Shown: one piece after another, positions 27,489 through 32,000 of the stretch
How positions within the stretch are numbered: position 1 is the first letter of the stretch
How the letters are laid out: each line of letters begins with the position of its first letter
Assembly (NCBI GenBank): GCA_026387835.1
Contig: JAPLKZ010000007.1
Coordinates: 167,257-199,256, forward strand
Direction of reading: 5' to 3'
Length of the DNA stretch: 32,000 nucleotides
DNA from: Candidatus Saganbacteria bacterium
GTDB lineage: Bacteria > Margulisbacteria > WOR-1 > JAKLHX01
The notes under the pieces: model-generated
Database searches by the model: none
What the model saw: only the letters and a program-made list of their open reading frames with translations
Told to the model about the DNA's origin: nothing
Translations under genes and position numbers: made by a program

Positions 27489-27524
27489 GACTGATCTGTC
27501 AATTGGAGTGAAAATGCGGAGGTC

Positions 27525-28925
27525 CTACCCTATCCTGTGCACTTTTATGAGGTTAGTTGTCCCGGGCTGGCCGATCGGTACTCCGGCAGTTATTATGACG
27601 AGGTCGTCCTTTTGAAGCAGCTTCTGTTCATGAACTGCTTTTTCGACGTTAATGATCATCTCGTCCGTCGTCTTGCATTCCTTCATTATTATGGCCTTGA
27701 CGCCCCAGTAAAGGGAGACCTTTCTTGCCGCCCTTTCCGATGTTACACTGGCGATTATCGGGCAGGCAGGACGCCATTTTGATACCATGAGAGCTGTTGA
27801 TCCGGAGGACGTGAATGAAATTATCGCCTTAGCGCTGACGTCCTCGCTGGTGTGTACTGCCGCGTGGGACACTGCGAGTGAGATACTATCCTTAATATCT
27901 ATTTTCCTTAGATGAGATTGCCTCTCTCTCCCCTCTTCGGCTTTGTTGATTATCCTGGTCATCATAATGACGGATTCAACAGGATATTTCCCGCTGGCGG
28001 TCTCTTCGGAGAGCATGACGGCATCCGTGCTGTCGAATATGGCGTTTGCGACATCGGTCGATTCCGCCCTGGTGGGCCTGGGATTCTCGACCATTGTCTC
28101 GAGCATCTGGCTGGCTACAATAACCGGCTTTCCGGCCTTCGCACACTTTTTTATGATGTCTTTTTGTATGATAGGCACGTCCTCCGGCGGAAGTTCCACT
28201 CCGAGGTCGCCCCTTGCGACCATTATCGCGTCGGACACGCCTATTATCTCTTCAAGGTGATTTACCGCTTCCTGGTTCTCGATCTTGGCGATCACCGGAA
28301 TAGAACATCCATAGTCCTGGCAGATCTTTTTTGCCTCGAGCACGTCATGCGCGTTCTTGGTGAAAGAGAGAGCTATATAATCCGCCTGAGCCGAGCAGGC
28401 GAACTTGATGTCCTCTTTGTCTTTTTCGGTGAGGGCTTTTTTAAATATTGACACGCCCGGGATGTTGATACCTTTGTGTTCGCCCAGACGCCCGCCTGTT
28501 ATGACCTTGCAGTGTATCTCTGTATTGCTGACGCCCGTTGCCTGAAGCTCCAACAGCCCGTTATCAATAAGAAGTTTTTGCCCGGGCTTTATAAATGAAG
28601 GGAGTTCTTTATAATCTGTCGATACCCGTTTATCGTCGCCTTCTATGTCTTTTGTAGTGATGATAAGATCGGAACCGTTCTTTAATACTGTGCTGCCGCC
28701 CTTCAGTTTTCCGGTCCTTATCCTGGGCCCCTGGAGGTCCACTATGATCCCGATATATTTATTTATCTGCCTGATGGTCTGGACGAGCTGTATGCCGTCC
28801 TTTATCACTTCGTGCGACATATTGACGCGGAAAAGATCGACCCCGGCATCAATAAGTTTTTTTATCATCTCTTTTGAAAAAGAGACAGGGCCCAGTGTAG
28901 CTATTATCTTTGTTTTGCTGTCCAT
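27525..28925 (-). CDS. pyk: pyruvate kinase
   Basis: 466 aa. KIIATLGP, FRVNMSHE, MVARGDLGVE, and the C-terminal allosteric domain. Confidence 0.95.
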   Translation of the reverse strand: MDSKTKIIATLGPVSFSKEMIKKLIDAGVDLFRVNMSHEVIKDGIQLVQTIRQINKYIGIIVDLQGPRIRTGKLKGGSTVLKNGSDLIITTKDIEGDDKRVSTDYKELPSFIKPGQKLLIDNGLLELQATGVSNTEIHCKVITGGRLGEHKGINIPGVSIFKKALTEKDKEDIKFACSAQADYIALSFTKNAHDVLEAKKICQDYGCSIPVIAKIENQEAVNHLEEIIGVSDAIMVARGDLGVELPPEDVPIIQKDIIKKCAKAGKPVIVASQMLETMVENPRPTRAESTDVANAIFDSTDAVMLSEETASGKYPVESVIMMTRIINKAEEGRERQSHLRKIDIKDSISLAVSHAAVHTSEDVSAKAIISFTSSGSTALMVSKWRPACPIIASVTSERAARKVSLYWGVKAIIMKECKTTDEMIINVEKAVHEQKLLQKDDLVIITAGVPIGQPGTTNLIKVHRIG

Positions 28926-28944
28926 ATATTAATTATACTACATT

Positions 28945-28979
28945 CACTACCCACCACCCACTACCCACTACACACTATT
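28945..28979. repeat. heptanucleotide tandem repeat (CACTACC x 5, degenerate) in the pyk/tpiA divergent intergenic region
   Basis: CACTACC CACCACC CACTACC CACTACA CACTATT read directly. Confidence 0.6.
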
Positions 28980-29013
28980 TTTGCTAAACTAAAACCAGGA
29001 GGATCAAAACTAC

Positions 29014-29763
29014 ATGCGCAAACCATTGATCGCGGGGAACTGGAAGATGTTCAAGACGGCAAAGGAAGCAGCTTCCATGATAGAGGAGCTTAAAACAAAG
29101 GTCTCGGATGTGAAAGACAGGGAGATCGCGGTATGCCCTACTTTTACAGCTCTTGAATCAGCTGTAAAGGCGGCAAAAGGAAGTAATGTAAATATCGGCG
29201 GGCAGAATGTTTTCTGGGAAGAAAAAGGCGCTTTTACAGGTGAAATTGCTCCGAATATGCTGAAAGATATAGGTTGTAAATTTGTGATAATCGGCCATTC
29301 GGAGAGAAGACAATATTTCCGCGAAACGGATGAAACGGTAAACAAGAGGATATTTGCTGCGCTTAAAGCCGGATTACTACCCATAGTCTGTGTCGGAGAA
29401 ACGCTTGGACAAAGGGAAGAGAGCAAGACATTTTCAGTGGTCGAAACACAGGTCAGGAACGGTCTAAAAGGTTTGATCGTCGAACAGATGAAAAATATCG
29501 TCATCGCTTATGAACCGGTCTGGGCTATCGGGACCGGAAAAACCGCAACCCCGGCTCAGGCCCAGGAAGTCCACGCCTTCATCAGAAAACTGCTTAAAGA
29601 TATTTTCGGTCCTGAAATATCAGCTTCAACGAGGGTCCTTTACGGCGGAAGCGTGAAACCGGATAATATGAAGGAACTTATGTCTTGCGAGGATATCGAC
29701 GGCGGTCTTGTCGGCGGAGCAAGTCTTGAAGCTGAGTCATTTTCTAAAATAATAAAGTATTAA
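29014..29763 (+). CDS. tpiA: triose-phosphate isomerase
   Basis: 249 aa. AGNWKM, IIGHSERR, AYEPVWAIGTG. SD AGGAGG at 28997-29002. Confidence 0.96.
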   Translation: MRKPLIAGNWKMFKTAKEAASMIEELKTKVSDVKDREIAVCPTFTALESAVKAAKGSNVNIGGQNVFWEEKGAFTGEIAPNMLKDIGCKFVIIGHSERRQYFRETDETVNKRIFAALKAGLLPIVCVGETLGQREESKTFSVVETQVRNGLKGLIVEQMKNIVIAYEPVWAIGTGKTATPAQAQEVHAFIRKLLKDIFGPEISASTRVLYGGSVKPDNMKELMSCEDIDGGLVGGASLEAESFSKIIKY

Positions 29764-29786
29764 TAAACGAAAGGAAGTAAAGATAG

Positions 29787-31445
29787 ATGAATAATATCGG
29801 CGAGCTTATATGCGAAAAGTTGAAAAAAGAAAAGGTTGAAAGGCTGGAGGTGCTGAAAGACCTCTCAAAGATAGAACTTTCAGAGGGAAAGAAGTTCGAT
29901 ATTCATTCAAAAGCGGAAAAAGATCTTTCCGAGATCGCTCATAATCCTCTTCTTACTTTTAATACAGGCGGTAATATTGCAAAAAAAGCCTTAAAAGTCG
30001 GCGTTCTTTTTTCGGGAGGTCCCGCCTCCGGCGGTCATAACGTCGTTGTCGGCCTGTACGACGCGTTAAAAGAGATCGATCCAAAGAGCGAGATCATCGG
30101 TTTCATGAACGGACCTGACGGCCTTCTCAAAGCGGACGGCAGGATACTTTCAAATGAGGACATCGACAGCGTCAGGAATCAGGGCGGGTTTTACCTGCTT
30201 GGCACTTCCCGTACCAAATTTGAAAAAGAAACAAGCCTTAATAAATGCCTGGAAACGGTTAATAAATTTGATCTTGACGGTTTGCTGATCATCGGCGGTG
30301 ATGATTCAAATACTAATGCGGCGCATCTGGCTAATTTCCTGAAAAAGAGCGGCGCAAAGACAGTTGTCATCGGTATACCGAAGACGATCGACGGGGACCT
30401 TGCCTATCTCCCCTATCTGCAGACCTCGTTCGGCTTCTACACAGCGGCGAGGATCTACAGCGAAATGGTGGGTAATATATGCAGGGACCTTCCTTCAAGT
30501 AAAAAAATATGGCATTTTGTTAAGCTTATGGGCAGGTCTGCCAGCTGGATAACTCTTGAAACAGCTTTCCAGACGCGTCCGAACATCGCGCTCATTGGTG
30601 AAGAGATCAAAGAAAAGAAAATGACGCTCGTGCAGGTCGTCGACCATGTCTGCGAAGTGATAGCCGGAAGGCATGCGGCCGGCAAAGATTACGGCATCGT
30701 GCTGATACCCGAAGGAATAGTCGAGTTCATTCCGGAGGTCAAAAGATTGATCTCGGACATCAACAAAGCGATAGTGAAGATCGGGAACGATGAATTTATT
30801 AATATGCACCTTTTGGACAGAAGGGAAAAAGTCATGGTGGAACTTGACCAGGGGAATGAAAAATTATTCGCCGGTCTCCCTCACGCGGTCCAGAACGGGC
30901 TTCTTTCGGGGCTTGATCCGCACGGCAATGTCCAGGTCTCGCAGATCGCGTCCGATATCCTGCTGATGGACCTCTGCCAGGAAAAACTTTCGAAGAAAGG
31001 ATACGAGATCGGCTCAAAACTCCATAAGTTCAAGATGACCACCCAGACGCATTTCTACGGATATGACGGGAGATGCGGATATCCGACCTGGTTCGATGCA
31101 GCGTATACGTATAACCTGGGAAGAGCGGCAAGCATTCTCGTTGCCAGCGGTAAGACAGGATATATGGTAAGCATCAACGGCCTTGAAAAAGACGTTGAAA
31201 AATGGAACGCTCTGGCCATCCCTTTAGCCGGGATGATGGCGGCAGAAGAAAGAAAAGGAAAAGAAGTTATCGTAATATCAAAATATCTTGTGGACCTTGC
31301 ATCCCCTGCGTTCAAAGAATTTGCAAAGGAACGCGGTAAATGGGCCGTCGAAGATGCTTATCTCTGTCCGGGGCCTATCCAGTTCTGGGGGCCGGACGAG
31401 CTTGTTAAGACAAGAGCAGTGACGATGGGGTTGAACTCAGCTTAA
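29787..31445 (+). CDS. pfp: diphosphate--fructose-6-phosphate 1-phosphotransferase (PPi-dependent phosphofructokinase, long type)
   Basis: 552 aa. GGDDSNTNA (Asp rather than the Gly of ATP-PFK), PKTIDGD (Lys signature of PPi-PFKs), MGRSASW. Confidence 0.9.
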   Translation: MNNIGELICEKLKKEKVERLEVLKDLSKIELSEGKKFDIHSKAEKDLSEIAHNPLLTFNTGGNIAKKALKVGVLFSGGPASGGHNVVVGLYDALKEIDPKSEIIGFMNGPDGLLKADGRILSNEDIDSVRNQGGFYLLGTSRTKFEKETSLNKCLETVNKFDLDGLLIIGGDDSNTNAAHLANFLKKSGAKTVVIGIPKTIDGDLAYLPYLQTSFGFYTAARIYSEMVGNICRDLPSSKKIWHFVKLMGRSASWITLETAFQTRPNIALIGEEIKEKKMTLVQVVDHVCEVIAGRHAAGKDYGIVLIPEGIVEFIPEVKRLISDINKAIVKIGNDEFINMHLLDRREKVMVELDQGNEKLFAGLPHAVQNGLLSGLDPHGNVQVSQIASDILLMDLCQEKLSKKGYEIGSKLHKFKMTTQTHFYGYDGRCGYPTWFDAAYTYNLGRAASILVASGKTGYMVSINGLEKDVEKWNALAIPLAGMMAAEERKGKEVIVISKYLVDLASPAFKEFAKERGKWAVEDAYLCPGPIQFWGPDELVKTRAVTMGLNSA

Positions 31446-31563
31446 AGCTTTTCTCAGGTCTGATTTTATTCTTGTTCTTTTTTTAGCCTTATCCTTCTTC
31501 GACGGAATAATCATGGTCATCACTTTGCGCGACGGTTTTCCCCAGGCGCGGAGTTTTGGCGGT

Positions 31564-32000
31564 TTATTTTTTATTTTTGGCATTTTCAAGGAGCTCCTTT
31601 ATATCACCGCTTTCCGGAGCTATTTTTAACGCGGCGGAAAAATATTCAACGGCTTTTCTATTATCATTTCGTGTTTCAGACATCTTACCGAGATTTAAGA
31701 CAGGGCTAAAATTATTTTTACAGATCTCGAATGATTTGATAAAACAACGTTCTGCTTCGTCAAAATTATTCAAATATCTATAACAGATGCCCTTCAGGTT
31801 ATAAAAATCGGATAATGTCGGAAGATCTTCATCAGAGGCAGCATCAAAATTATCCATGAGGCACAAGACAGAAGTGTAAAACTTGCGATTTATTGCATGA
31901 AGGGCTATCTTGTTGAACAAAGCCAGATTTTTGATCTGTCCCGGTCTTATGTCGAGCACCAGATTGAAACCGCAACCTAAGTTAAAATTGGTCCGATATT
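31564..32000 (-). CDS. TPR-repeat protein, 5'-truncated by the window edge
   Basis: TPR-like helices (NLKGICYRYLNNFDEAERCFIKSFEI, NLGKMSETRNDNRKAVEYFSAALKIAPE). The frame stays open from the track start (GTG at 31959) up to nt 32000, so the gene probably begins outside the window. Confidence 0.6.
   Translation of the reverse strand, partial: YRTNFNLGCGFNLVLDIRPGQIKNLALFNKIALHAINRKFYTSVLCLMDNFDAASDEDLPTLSDFYNLKGICYRYLNNFDEAERCFIKSFEICKNNFSPVLNLGKMSETRNDNRKAVEYFSAALKIAPESGDIKELLENAKNKK

Noticed and set aside
28945-28979. G-quadruplex / i-motif potential of the C-rich heptamer array.
   Set aside because: There are only three C3 (G3) runs plus one C2 run, so a canonical four-G3-tract quadruplex is not encoded. 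At best a weak two-tetrad structure could form.
1-32000. Scan for CRISPR arrays, tRNA/rRNA genes, transposases, integrases, toxin-antitoxin pairs or known defence genes.
   Set aside because: No spaced direct repeats, cloverleaf-like intergenic sequences, DDE or tyrosine-recombinase ORFs, or small paired ORFs were found. All intergenic gaps are 360 nt or shorter.

Overview
This window is mostly core housekeeping and central-metabolism genes from a mid/low-GC bacterium. I saw no rRNA, tRNA, CRISPR array, transposase or integrase. Layout: (i) a plus-strand string at 150-10838 carrying a ytxH-like gene, an ASKHA/DUF4445 gene, argS-ilvE-acpS-nnr-mlaE-mlaF-mlaD and two glycosyltransferase-like ORFs, with one minus-strand orphan at 1485-1814; (ii) an AT-rich gap with a small EF-hand-like ORF; (iii) a minus-strand purB-purS-purQ cluster; (iv) a HAD-type hydrolase; (v) a long minus-strand string at 26084-15119 carrying comF-hpf-secA-prfB-trpB2, a large membrane protein, a csaB::tagA fusion and ispG; (vi) an AlbA_2/HTH regulator convergent with lexA; (vii) glycolysis genes pyk (-) and tpiA-pfp (+); (viii) a TPR gene running off the 3' edge. 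The comF-hpf-secA-prfB order is Firmicute-like. The Mla and CsaB genes point to a diderm, SLH-tethered envelope. I found no clear defence-island-type novel system. The most interesting points are: a 1.8-kb tandem GT2-like/GT2/TPR reading frame broken by a single in-frame TAG (9429-9431); a minimal MlaEFD operon whose MlaD has a long helical plus beta-rich C-terminal extension; a fused CsaB-TagA enzyme translationally coupled to a 668-aa polytopic membrane protein and a stand-alone TrpB2; a consensus TTGACA-17-TATAAT lexA promoter with a perfect 16-bp palindrome (variant LexA box) in its spacer; four genes with a -10 box only 6-9 nt from the ATG and no Shine-Dalgarno (candidate leaderless mRNAs); two heptanucleotide tandem-repeat tracts; and a GC-rich hairpin element embedded in-frame in a CDS. 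All calls rest on reading the sequence and on motif recognition. No database search was run.
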